Source of the DNA: an uncultured bacterium
GTDB taxonomy: Bacteria > Chloroflexota > UBA5177 > JANWHV01
Direction: 5' to 3'
Assembly (NCBI GenBank): GCA_963729625.1
Contig: CAVSOU010000008.1
Coordinates: 512,001 to 576,000 of the forward strand
DNA: 64,000 nt
Positions 53,701-61,254 of this stretch are shown in pieces. Both the position numbers and the translations under genes were made by a program. Numbering within the stretch: position 1 is the stretch's first letter; every line of letters begins with the position of its first letter. Under the pieces are notes generated by a model, which made no database searches, had not been told where the DNA came from, and saw only the letters and a program-made list of their open reading frames with translations.

Positions 53701-56254
53701 CGCCGATCGTGGCCCCGGCCTGTACGGTATCCGTGCCGCCTATGCCGCGGTTTACGTAGCTGAAGGTCGCCACGCCGGCGCTATTTGTCGTGGCGCTCAG
53801 CTGTTGGGCGTTAGGCCCGGTGATGGTGAGCGTGACCGGCGTGTTGGGCACAAGGCTACCGGTAGAATCGGCGGCGGTCACGATGAACTTCTGCTGGCTG
53901 CCGCGGTGCAGACCCACGAAGAGCGGGCTGATGCTGAGCGTGCCGAAGAGCTGCGTCACCCATTGCACGGTACCGGTGTTGGAGGTGATGGTCGGAATGG
54001 CTCCCGCTTGCTGCACGCTCGCTACCACCGTATCCAGGCCGGTCAGGGTGCTAGTGTAGCTGAAAGTCGCGTTGCCCAGGTCGTCGGTGATGGCCTGCCC
54101 CATCACGCCGGCGTTCGGCCCGCTGATCGCGTTGAAGTTCACGGTTACTCCAACCTGCGGCGAGGCGCCGACCACGTCGGCCACATTCGCCGTGAAGGAC
54201 TCAGGCTTCTGTACCTGCTGGCTGGCGCTCAACGGCTGGAGCGTCACCGTGGTGCCCTGCGCGTTCACGCCCGTGGTGCCCATGGGGTGCCACGCGAACA
54301 CGCAATCGGTATTGCCGCCGCCATCGTCGACGATGTGTCCGGTGTCGAACAGACTGGTTTTGCTGCCGTCGCCCAGGCTGACTGTGACGACGGGCGGATA
54401 GTAGAACGGCGGCAGTGCGCTGGTACAGCTGGGGTTGGGCAAGCTCGGCACGTCGTCGCTGGTATCGAAGTCGCCGCCGTTGACGGAAGCGAGGATCACC
54501 GTCTTCCCCGCGGGAATCGTCAACGGGAGCTGCGACGGGATATTCCCGGTCGGATGCAGCCAGGGATCGAGGACCGTCAAGCCGTACGTCGGGTTGGGGA
54601 ATGCGACGGAGACGTCGTTCAGCACGGCAGTATTCGGCGTGTGGTTGTCAATGCGAATGGCTCCGGTGTCGCAATCCACGCCGCTGGTGCAGTTGCCCAC
54701 GAAGATCACGTCCGGCGCACCGGCCCAGGGTCGCGGGAAGTTCAGACCATCTGGGGAACCGTCAGCATACGCTACGGAGACGACCAGTCCCCCGGGTAAG
54801 ACATACGGCGGGGTGGGAGTCGCGTCGGCGGTGGCGGTGTCCGTGGCGGTGTCCGTGGCGGTGCTGGTGTCCGTGTCCGTGGCGGCGGCGGTGCTGGTCG
54901 CGGTTGCCGTGTCCGTGCCGGTTTGGCTCGGCGTTGGCGTATCTGTGACGGCCGTGGTACTGGTTGCCGCCGGCGTCTCGGTGTCTGTGCCGGTGCTCGT
55001 TGCTGTCGAGGTATCCGTAGTGACACTGGTGGTGGTTGAGGCTGGGGTGCTGGTCGTGGTCGGCGTAGCCGTGCCGGTGTCCGTTGGAGATGTGGTAGCG
55101 GTGTCGCTGCCGGTCTGGGTTGGCGTTGGCGTGGTGGTGAGAGCGGAAGTCGTGGTAGCGGTCTCGCTGGCCGTCTGGCTTGGCTCCGGCGTATTAGTAT
55201 CCGTGCCGGTGTGCGCAGGCGTCGTGGTAGCGGTTTCGCTGCCAGTCTGGCTCGGCTCCGGTGTATCGGTGTCTGTGCTGGTGGCGGCGATGCGCGTGGG
55301 AGTCGCCGTTGCAGTGTCCGTACCCGTCGGGCTCGACGTTGGCGTGTTGTTAGGGGCTCCGGTGCTGGTCGCCGTTGGCGTAAGCGTTTGCGTCGGCGCG
55401 TGCGTGACTGTGTTCGTCGGGGTCAGCGATGGCCTGGTGGTTGGCGGTAGCGAAGGTGTGACTGTGCTGGTTGGCGCCGGGGCAGAGGTACCAGTCGGAG
55501 TACTGGTCCATGTATTGGTACGAGAAGGTGTGGCTGTGCCGGTTGACGTCGCATAGGACGTAGCGGTCGGCGTGATGGTGGGGATCGGCGGGAGTGTCGG
55601 CGAGCTCGTGGGGGCCTGGGCACAGACAGGTCCGCCGACAGTATAGAGGATCAGGGCATCCCCATCGCCATCGGCATGGTCATCCCAGTCGCCATTGCTG
55701 TCAGTCTTCACCGTTATGTCGGTCCCAACTGTGGTCGCAGCAAACCGCGACGTGAACGTGACGGTGACCGTCATCGGCAGCCATGTATCGCGCACGTTTC
55801 CTATCCTGATAAGCGTCGGATAGACGGTCGTCGTCAGGTTGACATCGCCGGTTCCTCTTGCCTTGACGTGGGCAATCTGGCTGGCAGGCCAGCAGCCTGA
55901 CAGCAGGACAAAGGCGATTTGCTCTTGCGCTGTGGGTCGCGAGCCGTCGACGCGCCAGGTGAACGTATCCGAAGTCCCGGGCGTAGTAGGCGCTAGCAGC
56001 CTAGCCGTATAGCCCCGGCCAGCAGATCCGGCGTCGTCAATGGCGGCAATAGGCTGATTGGGGGTTCCGGCGGTCGAGCTATCCTCCTCGGTGGCCGTAG
56101 GGGTTGGGCTCTGCCGCGCGTTGACCTGGGCGTGCTGCGCCGCTGCAGCCGGTATGGCAGGCCAGGTCGGAGCTGTGGCGAGAAGCGTGATGAGCACGAG
56201 TGCGGCGCGCAGATAGCTCGCGCGTGCGAAGACCTGTTTCCCCTGACCTCCCAT
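47708..56254 (-). CDS. Giant secreted RHS/YD-repeat protein (signal peptide, Thr/Pro linkers, Ig-like domains, NHL propeller, YD shell, RHS core, C-terminal cargo)
   Basis: Many TYTYD/YD repeats; NPFLYGGQQFDAGVGLYYLRARY...GRFLSEDP...NPVSLVDPSG core; GPDGNLYV NHL repeats; start reset to MGGQGK (AAAGGGGG SD). Confidence 0.93.
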   Translation of the reverse strand: MGGQGKQVFARASYLRAALVLITLLATAPTWPAIPAAAAQHAQVNARQSPTPTATEEDSSTAGTPNQPIAAIDDAGSAGRGYTARLLAPTTPGTSDTFTWRVDGSRPTAQEQIAFVLLSGCWPASQIAHVKARGTGDVNLTTTVYPTLIRIGNVRDTWLPMTVTVTFTSRFAATTVGTDITVKTDSNGDWDDHADGDGDALILYTVGGPVCAQAPTSSPTLPPIPTITPTATSYATSTGTATPSRTNTWTSTPTGTSAPAPTSTVTPSLPPTTRPSLTPTNTVTHAPTQTLTPTATSTGAPNNTPTSSPTGTDTATATPTRIAATSTDTDTPEPSQTGSETATTTPAHTGTDTNTPEPSQTASETATTTSALTTTPTPTQTGSDTATTSPTDTGTATPTTTSTPASTTTSVTTDTSTATSTGTDTETPAATSTTAVTDTPTPSQTGTDTATATSTAAATDTDTSTATDTATDTATADATPTPPYVLPGGLVVSVAYADGSPDGLNFPRPWAGAPDVIFVGNCTSGVDCDTGAIRIDNHTPNTAVLNDVSVAFPNPTYGLTVLDPWLHPTGNIPSQLPLTIPAGKTVILASVNGGDFDTSDDVPSLPNPSCTSALPPFYYPPVVTVSLGDGSKTSLFDTGHIVDDGGGNTDCVFAWHPMGTTGVNAQGTTVTLQPLSASQQVQKPESFTANVADVVGASPQVGVTVNFNAISGPNAGVMGQAITDDLGNATFSYTSTLTGLDTVVASVQQAGAIPTITSNTGTVQWVTQLFGTLSISPLFVGLHRGSQQKFIVTAADSTGSLVPNTPVTLTITGPNAQQLSATTNSAGVATFSYVNRGIGGTDTVQAGATIGGGAVTSNPVTVPWDALIEVNADTLSHGSVRRYDGVAGNPIDTLLSTGAVDLGIPLDAIVGPDGNLYLSNAGGSGDPVLRFDGATLSPLPAPGQYGSTFVAAGSSALSVNPGHIVFGPDGNLFLLDPSGGAVYRFKGSTGVPLPAPGQSGATFVPAGSGGLASPYDLVFGRDDNLYITDFGDNVIRRYDGTTGAPLPAAGQSGAVFVPRGSGGLLATGGIAVGLDGNLYVSDFDLSAVLRYSGTTGDPLPAPGKSGAIFVDTSSVVQAESLAFGPDGNLYVDTFASTKVDRFDGTTGAPLPAPGQTGAVFISTSIGSFFTASSIAFSGPDVAPSFVPTSTPIPTITLTSTPTSTGTNTPSVTPTGTPTSTLTPSDTPTGTLSPSATPTASGTAANTSTPTSSPTGTRTPTSTPTATAAPTLTATPSATLNPNEHLAASITSPTSAQQVSGKLPIIGSAGVSGGTLAGFTLAYASLGSSVFTTFVTGTSTVSNGTLGTLDTTSLRDGQYTLRLQVSAIDGKTVTFTGPTISVLGRLKVGNLQFTVPDLSVSVTGIPIVVNRSFDNFLRTQGDFGVNWTEATASGSATEDTCLGNITVQLPISNQPMTFNFNPGDTGQNIDGFELFAPAWSPDPTTGATLADINGASTGLASGVDTSAPQCWFDLFNNFSPYAPAKLAVTTTDGTVFKITANVADGLTEVDTPGGNDKLTYASSGVTSTRGPAVQFSRDSQGRITKITDPAGKTILYGYDSNGDLATVTDENGGVTTYHYDSNHDLLGETDPTGRSPATALYNAQGQLTSITDINGKTTTFNVNLNTHQQVITDARGNHTTNIFDDFGDVTQSTDPLGNTTSYTYDPTTHKPLTATDPLGHTTSMAYNTNGDLTQDADPLGNTTSYQYDAQHHLLSQSFNGKTQSTLTYTSFGSPATLQDAMGNTTNFSYVGNSVPSGVTYPNGSSQFLNYVATGVNTYSGPNNAGTTYTRDPLGRVTASTTLVGGGKTAVTSYTYDAAGNMLTTTDPQGGVTTNTYDAAGRLLTTTDPRGNTSSYSYDALGQLVQTVYPDGSTAGEAYDANGNLVASIDQNGRTTQYIYDADNRLVETDYPDGSKTSVGYDAAGRKISSTDGAGDSTTYSYDSANRLTKVTDPLGNSISYGYDPVTGDRTTVTDPAGHVTTYTYDAGHHRTGTSTAVTIGGVPTTVTTAETYSNVNQLASVTDPLGRLTSYAYDPSGNLSRVRDPITNTNPLYQGAIYGYDANGNLNYQNDDVGNVTKYSYDLNNNLTGTTYPDGAAKSYTYDAAGNLATTTNARGQVTTYSYDTMNRVSTIAYPDHTVTYTYYSGGQRKTMGNQQGGSIQTTSYAIDTMGRITTITEPGGSTLQYTYDGAGRRTSLTTLAGTTSYQYDAAGRLIQVVDPAHHTTAYGYDSRGNLAQRTLPNGVTTVYSYDELNRLVSLTTTGPGNVQIWQDLYTIDAAGQRTSVQETDQTGALATYTYSYDADGRLTHEQQSRGGTTLANTAYTYDLAGNRLTRVDDTGTTTSRYNSRGEMTSQTGPGGTTTETYDADGNLLSSANGSVSTSYSYDSQNQLLSVSSGSSTTSYTYDGDGNRTTSTTGGTITTYLVDPNGLDGLPQVVETTQSGGPTVDYVYGNERISMDQGAGALSYYLYDGNQNTRLLAGSAGTVQNSYRYDAFGNLLASTGTVPNPFLYGGQQFDAGVGLYYLRARYMDPTQGRFLSEDPMDPTLKDPLTLHRYLYARDNPVSLVDPSGLDFTLADLSVAQVVDRIATASTWLGGALTALGKGLSIGSTITKIQSAGAETDTVSKDVDVIYGTVDVPGAVQSLTKLTACKAKFTNTSAQGLEDLLCSQVSTGLLTGLIDLAGVTKGITASAAGDTLLATGLNLPAVSVILVFQSLALEWTAGLPRHGNYRNDAYSNFTIGIASLVLGNKLADLGLTIAGVSAAEDVVSTAKALSSGLKTLSTVEAMILAPLAFTVLEASTLDDNPQ
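54800..55620 (-). repeat. Thr/Pro-rich low-complexity linker with a 72-nt internal duplication
   Basis: TDTDTPEPSQTGSETATTT / TDTNTPEPSQTASETATTT copies begin at 55221 and 55149. Confidence 0.8.
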
Positions 56255-56423
56255 GTCGCTCGTTCCCCCTTTGCCGCTCCCAGCTGCTGGCCGTGTGCCT
56301 GCCGTTGCTGGCAAAGCCGGTCCGGTCCGGTCACCTGTGAAGCCTGGGCCCCGCACCATGAGGACAACGCTACTCCGGCCATGTTCGCCGACTGTTGCAG
56401 TTTTGCGTTCGCCCGCCTCTGGC

Positions 56424-56456
56424 GCGCTTGTGTCCGGGCCTGCTTCCTTGTGTAGC
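56424..56456 (-). promoter_or_regulatory. Bipartite GCTACACAAG...GGACACAAG motif upstream of the RHS gene
   Basis: ACACAAG cores 20 bp apart; the same arrangement recurs at 59926-59954. Confidence 0.55.
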
Positions 56457-56578
56457 CGCGGCCCGATCTCGCACGGTCTCCCCCGTATGGATGTGCTCGC
56501 TCAGCCCAAGATCACGCTGATGCGGCTGTAAGCCCGTGGTCTCGAGGATGTTGTTGGGTCCTGTGGCGCCGGCAGTAA

Positions 56579-59500
56579 CTACGTCGATTCGGAGGCGTGT
56601 AGCGCCAGCACGTCGGTGATGATGCCGTTCAGAGACATCGTTTGGCCTTCCGCCCACCTGACGGCGAACATGTCATCAGCGCCGAGCAACTGTCGCACCC
56701 AAGCGACGTCGGCCGCGAATACCTTTTGCGAACTCGGCGGGAGCGGATGGCCGACGGCAGTGTACTCCGCCTCGACGGCACCAAGCAGATTCGCCGCCAG
56801 CGCCGGATTCCCTTCGCCTGCGATCATTAGTGCCCAGTTTTGTAGCACATCGGCCAGCGCCACCCGTTCGCCAAGGGTCCGGTATCCGTGCATGCTGAGG
56901 CGGAAGTGGGCGATCGCCTCCCGATAGTGTTCCTGCTCGCAGGCTATGCGACCCAACTCGTTGTGGACACCTGCACTCCCCGAGATATCGGCCTGTTCAT
57001 CGAACTGTGGTAGCACCGAATCGAGCAACGTCGCGGCACGCGGCAGGTCACCGGCCAGGCGATAGCAGACTGCCTGGTTGAAGAGCGTATAGCGGATCGG
57101 ACAGAACGCGTGGCGGTCATCCAGCGTCCGCCGCTGCCCCAGGCATTCCTCGTTGAGCGTGATGGCACGGGTGTAGTCGCCCTCCTCCTGAGCGACGAGG
57201 GCCAGGTTGTGCAGCGCTCTCACGATATTCGGCGTATCACTCTCGCGCCGGAATATCGCCAACGACTCTTCATAGAGTGCTGCTGCCTGCACCCGGTCTC
57301 CCTGAAACCTGGCGACGTTGCCCAGTCCGTTGAGGGCGTTAGCCACTTCGCCGCTATTGTGCGTGGCACGGCCAAGGGCGAGGCACTCTTCATGCACCGC
57401 ACGGGCCAGTTCGTGATCACCCTGGTTGATCGCGAAGTGGCCTAATCCTCGTAAGGCTCGCAGCCGCGCGACCGGAGCGCCGCCTTCGCGAGAAAGCACG
57501 GCCGAGAGCCAGGTGCGTCCCTCGATCCAATGCCCTCGCGCCGCCCAGAACCACCAGAGTGCTCCTGCCAGGCGGATACCCGCATGCACATCCTCGTCCT
57601 GCCGCACACACCACTCGAGCGCAGCCCGCAGATTGTCGTGCTCAATTTCCATGCGCTCGACCCAGGCGGGCTGAGGGGGACCGTGCGAAGCCGGCCACGC
57701 ACGTTCCGCAAACGCCAGGCACCAGCGCAGATGCCGATCCCGCGCCTGGGCCTCCTCTCCGTGCTCTCGAAGATGCTGGACTGCATAGTGGCGCACTGTC
57801 TCGAGCAGCCGGTAGCGGCACGACGTCTCTGGGTCGTCCTCGATCTGCACCAGGGACTTGCTCGCCAGCCTGGCAAGCAGGTCAGATACGCCGGCTTCCT
57901 CCAACGGGCTGTCCGAACAGACGGCTTCCACGGCGTCGAGCGTCCAACCACCTGCAAATACTGATAGTGTGCGGAACAGTGCCTGTTCGTCGTCGCTGAG
58001 CAGGTCGTAGCTCCAATCCATCACCTCACGGAGCGTCTGATGGCGAGGCAAGGCCGCCCGATTCCCGACCGTGAGCAATCGGAACCGATCGTGCAGCCGG
58101 GCGGCAAGGTCGCCGGGAGAGAGCTGTCCGAGACGAGCAGCCGCCAATTCTATGGCCAGGGGAATTCCGTCGAGTTGGGTGCAGATCTCCACGATGGCCC
58201 GCCAATTGTCGAGCGTCAAGGCAAAGTCAGGCCGCACCAGCCGCGCGCGCTCGACGAGGAGACGCGTCGCGGCGTGCCGGCCCACCTCCTGCAGCGAGAG
58301 CTCGCCTCGCCGGGCCCGTGGAGGGACGGCGAGAGACGGCAACCGCCACACCGTCTCGCCCAGCACACCTAGCGGTTCCCGGCTGGTGGCCAAGATCTGC
58401 GTGCTAGGGCACTCCCGTAAGATAGAGGCCACGAACGCTACGCTAGCGGCTATCACATGCTCGCAGTTGTCGAGGATCAGCAGCATCCGGCCCGACCGCA
58501 GAATGGAGATCAGCGTCGGCAGCGAAGACCGGTCCGTACCTGGATGCAAGCCGAGTGCGCCGGCCGTCTGGCAGGCGATAGGCTCAAGATCAACCTCCCT
58601 TTCAGGCGCCAGCACGGCCAGCTCCACCAACCACAGGCCATCGGGATACACACTCCGCAATTCATGGCCAAGCTCGATCGCCAGGCGCGTCTTTCCGCAG
58701 CCGCCCGCACCGGTCACGGTGAGCAGGCGGCACGCTTGGCCGGCCGGAGATGCCGCGCCACCGGAGAGTAGCCGGGCCAGCGTCGCCAGCTCTTGCTCGC
58801 GTCCGAGAAAGCTGGTCAGCGGCGTGGGCAAGTTGGAATGCTGCGCGGAGGCAGCGTGGCGGCTTGCCACCGCCGCCTGATAGTGCTCCTCGGTTTCGCT
58901 GTCCGGCGCCATGTCGAGATCGCGCCGCAGTGCGTCGGCCACCTGCTTGTAGGTACGGGCAGCCTCGGGAGCCCGCCCGGCCGCGACTTGTACGCGCATC
59001 AGGGATCGCGCCGCCGGCTCATTGCACGCATCGATGGCGAGGACTGCCCGCAGGCAGCGCGCCGCTTCACCCAGCACCCCATCCCGTTCGCGCAGATCGG
59101 CCAGGCGAAGCAAGAGCGCGAGGTACTGCTGGCGTAGCTCCTCCCTGCGCATGACCGCCCACTCATCGTACACGTCGTCCGGCAAATACTCTCCACCATA
59201 GAGCGCCAGTGCGGCCCGGCACGCAACAGCATCCCCGCCAGCCAAAGCGATGGCAGCAGCGCGCTCGAAGGCACGTGCATCCAGCCAGTCCTCAGGCGGC
59301 GTGTTCTCAGGTGCGGGGGCGAGCACCAGCAGGCCGCCCTCAAGGCGCACATACCCGAGCTCTCCCGTGCGCTGTCCCAATACCTTGCGGAGACGGTGAA
59401 CGGTCGTTCGCAGGTATGTGGCGGCCATGGCAGGCTCCTCCTCGGGCCTGAGCAACTCGGCCAGTTGTTCGCGGTGCCGCCGGTGCCGAGGCGCGCTCAG

Positions 59501-59866
59501 CAGGCATTTGAACAGCATTGTTGCCTGGCGGTGACGCCAGGTCTCCGCCGGCAAAGGTGTGCTACCACGCCAAACAGCAAAACCACCGAGCGTTCGCACC
59601 CGAAGCGGCGCGTACGTCTGGGCCGCCACCATCGCTTCAGGCAACTCGAGCGGCTCCGGCGTCGCCGCCGCCTCGGGTGGCAGGTGCTTGCCGATATAAC
59701 GCGAGCGCCGTCGCCCACCCTCGCGCCAGTAGGCATACCAGTAGGGACCGTGACCTGGAGAACCCAACACGCAGGTTGGGCACGCGAGCTTGTTGCAGCG
59801 TCGAAACTGCTGACTATACGTGACGCGTGTCGCCGCCGCCAACTGACCGGTAGCCATGCCGCGCAC
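56579..59866 (-). CDS. AfsR/SARP-like regulator: DUF6788-like Cys/His domain, wHTH, BTAD, NB-ARC/STAND ATPase, TPRs
   Basis: RRCNKLACPTC...HGPYWYAYW; LRVRTLGGF; ALALYGGEYL; TGAGGCGKTRLA Walker A; LLILDNCEH; LDGIPLAIELAAAR; TPR repeats. Confidence 0.93.
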   Translation of the reverse strand: MRGMATGQLAAATRVTYSQQFRRCNKLACPTCVLGSPGHGPYWYAYWREGGRRRSRYIGKHLPPEAAATPEPLELPEAMVAAQTYAPLRVRTLGGFAVWRGSTPLPAETWRHRQATMLFKCLLSAPRHRRHREQLAELLRPEEEPAMAATYLRTTVHRLRKVLGQRTGELGYVRLEGGLLVLAPAPENTPPEDWLDARAFERAAAIALAGGDAVACRAALALYGGEYLPDDVYDEWAVMRREELRQQYLALLLRLADLRERDGVLGEAARCLRAVLAIDACNEPAARSLMRVQVAAGRAPEAARTYKQVADALRRDLDMAPDSETEEHYQAAVASRHAASAQHSNLPTPLTSFLGREQELATLARLLSGGAASPAGQACRLLTVTGAGGCGKTRLAIELGHELRSVYPDGLWLVELAVLAPEREVDLEPIACQTAGALGLHPGTDRSSLPTLISILRSGRMLLILDNCEHVIAASVAFVASILRECPSTQILATSREPLGVLGETVWRLPSLAVPPRARRGELSLQEVGRHAATRLLVERARLVRPDFALTLDNWRAIVEICTQLDGIPLAIELAAARLGQLSPGDLAARLHDRFRLLTVGNRAALPRHQTLREVMDWSYDLLSDDEQALFRTLSVFAGGWTLDAVEAVCSDSPLEEAGVSDLLARLASKSLVQIEDDPETSCRYRLLETVRHYAVQHLREHGEEAQARDRHLRWCLAFAERAWPASHGPPQPAWVERMEIEHDNLRAALEWCVRQDEDVHAGIRLAGALWWFWAARGHWIEGRTWLSAVLSREGGAPVARLRALRGLGHFAINQGDHELARAVHEECLALGRATHNSGEVANALNGLGNVARFQGDRVQAAALYEESLAIFRRESDTPNIVRALHNLALVAQEEGDYTRAITLNEECLGQRRTLDDRHAFCPIRYTLFNQAVCYRLAGDLPRAATLLDSVLPQFDEQADISGSAGVHNELGRIACEQEHYREAIAHFRLSMHGYRTLGERVALADVLQNWALMIAGEGNPALAANLLGAVEAEYTAVGHPLPPSSQKVFAADVAWVRQLLGADDMFAVRWAEGQTMSLNGIITDVLALHASEST

Positions 59867-59925
59867 CGTTCTCAGGGAACTCCGCCGTCCCTCTACCTAA
59901 TCTCTAAGGTGCCTGAGGTGCTCCT

Positions 59926-60010
59926 GCTACACAAGCGCGTTGGGTGGACACAAGATGACCAGAGGATGGCAGATCGTGGGCTGTAACGGATACGCACGAC
60001 CGCTTGTGTA
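59926..60010. promoter_or_regulatory. ACACAAG motif cluster in the divergent regulator/small-protein promoter
   Basis: GCTACACAAGCGC 59926, GGACACAAG 59946, inverted TACACAAGCG 60010-60001. Confidence 0.55.
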
Positions 60011-60081
60011 AGCTGTGCACATAAGCTACGCCAGCGGCTTCAGAGGCATACGGCAAACGGCCCGAGGGAAGATCGAAATCG

Positions 60082-60309
60082 ATGACGAGGTACGATGCCT
60101 ACGTTCTGCGGTTCTGGCAAAGCACGGGAAAGGATGGGCCACAGTGGAAGGGTAGGATAGAACACCTTGGGCGCGGCGAAAGCGTGCAGTTTGACAACCT
60201 GGAGGCCTTACTGCATCACATACGCACAATCGCCGGCGTAGAGCGTGGTCTGGGCAGCATGGACCGCGGTCCAGGACACGGAGAAGCCGGAAAGAGCATG
60301 GCGCCCTAG
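60082..60309 (+). CDS. Small hypothetical protein (75 aa), YxLRxW...W.G.IE..G....F..LE.L type
   Basis: GAGGG SD; MTRYDAYVLRFWQ...QWKGRIEHLGRGESVQFDNLEALLHHI; divergent from the STAND regulator. Confidence 0.75.
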   Translation: MTRYDAYVLRFWQSTGKDGPQWKGRIEHLGRGESVQFDNLEALLHHIRTIAGVERGLGSMDRGPGHGEAGKSMAP

Positions 60310-60577
60310 CCGTGCAGCGTCCGGGCGACATTGTCGGCAGTGTGATTCGGGAGATCGTCCTCGTGAAGACCAATCCTAGCTACGGGCCTGATGCCTGGCA
60401 TCCGGGCACGGGCACTGTCATCGGGACGGTCTGCACCAGCTAGATTCTGGCTGCGCGCCGGCCCCATCAGCACAAGTCACTCCCAATGTCTTCGCAGCAG
60501 CGACCAGCAAGACCTCCGGGACATCGTCGCCGGAGGTCTTGCCCGTGCCGAAACAGCAGGAAGGGCCGCGCCCAGGA

Positions 60578-61024
60578 CTACCGCGCCTTCTTCCCCTGGC
60601 CATGCACGCCGTTGGCCCGCTGAAAGGCGAGGTCGTCATTCAGCCGGTAGTCGACGAGCGCTTTGATCAGCATCTGATTGATCGAACCCCGGCAGTTAAA
60701 CGCCTTGGTTCGCAGCCACTCGTACATCTCATCAGTCAGGTGAACGTTGAATTTCACGCTTCCGGCCGCGGCGCCGGTCGGCTTGAGCGCGAGAGGCGTC
60801 GTGACATCGGGCGACATCTCACGCAGGGCCCGGATTGCCGCGAGCACCATGCTGTTCATGCTGCGGCGATCGACGAATGCGCGATAGCGCAGCCACTCGT
60901 ACTGTGCTGCCGGCAGGCGACACTGCATGAATCGCGTTCCGTCCATGGCCGCCGGTGCTGCAACAACCTTTTGCCTATCTATCATCTGCAACACGTGCGA
61001 CGCCTCCTTGGTCATCCTCTTCAT
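60578..61024 (-). CDS. Tandem ribbon-helix-helix (Arc-like) DNA-binding protein
   Basis: Internal duplication: MQCRLPAAQYEWLRYRAF..RRSMNSMVLAAI / FNVHLTDEMYEWLRTKAF..RGSINQMLIKAL. Confidence 0.72.
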   Translation of the reverse strand: MKRMTKEASHVLQMIDRQKVVAAPAAMDGTRFMQCRLPAAQYEWLRYRAFVDRRSMNSMVLAAIRALREMSPDVTTPLALKPTGAAAGSVKFNVHLTDEMYEWLRTKAFNCRGSINQMLIKALVDYRLNDDLAFQRANGVHGQGKKAR

Positions 61025-61254
61025 TTACCCAGGTAGCCCCCCGGCAACATCGGTCTGGACATCCCTACATTTCTTCCTATCGGCAGCAACTCGGCAAACC
61101 AATAGAGTGAACTTCAGGGCAGTATTGAGCAACGTGGCCAACTGGACTGCAGGGAGCGGGTTTGCTAAGATTGCCTGGATTGGGAGCCTCTTTAGCGAAG
61201 CCGCTACAGAAGCAGTCCACACGATCGACGACGATCATCTGGAGGTCCACGTTC

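Noticed and set aside
51389-55556. Long plus-strand ORFs (704, 331 and 373 aa) opposite the RHS gene
   Set aside because: Antisense shadows of a GC-rich, Thr-rich coding strand.
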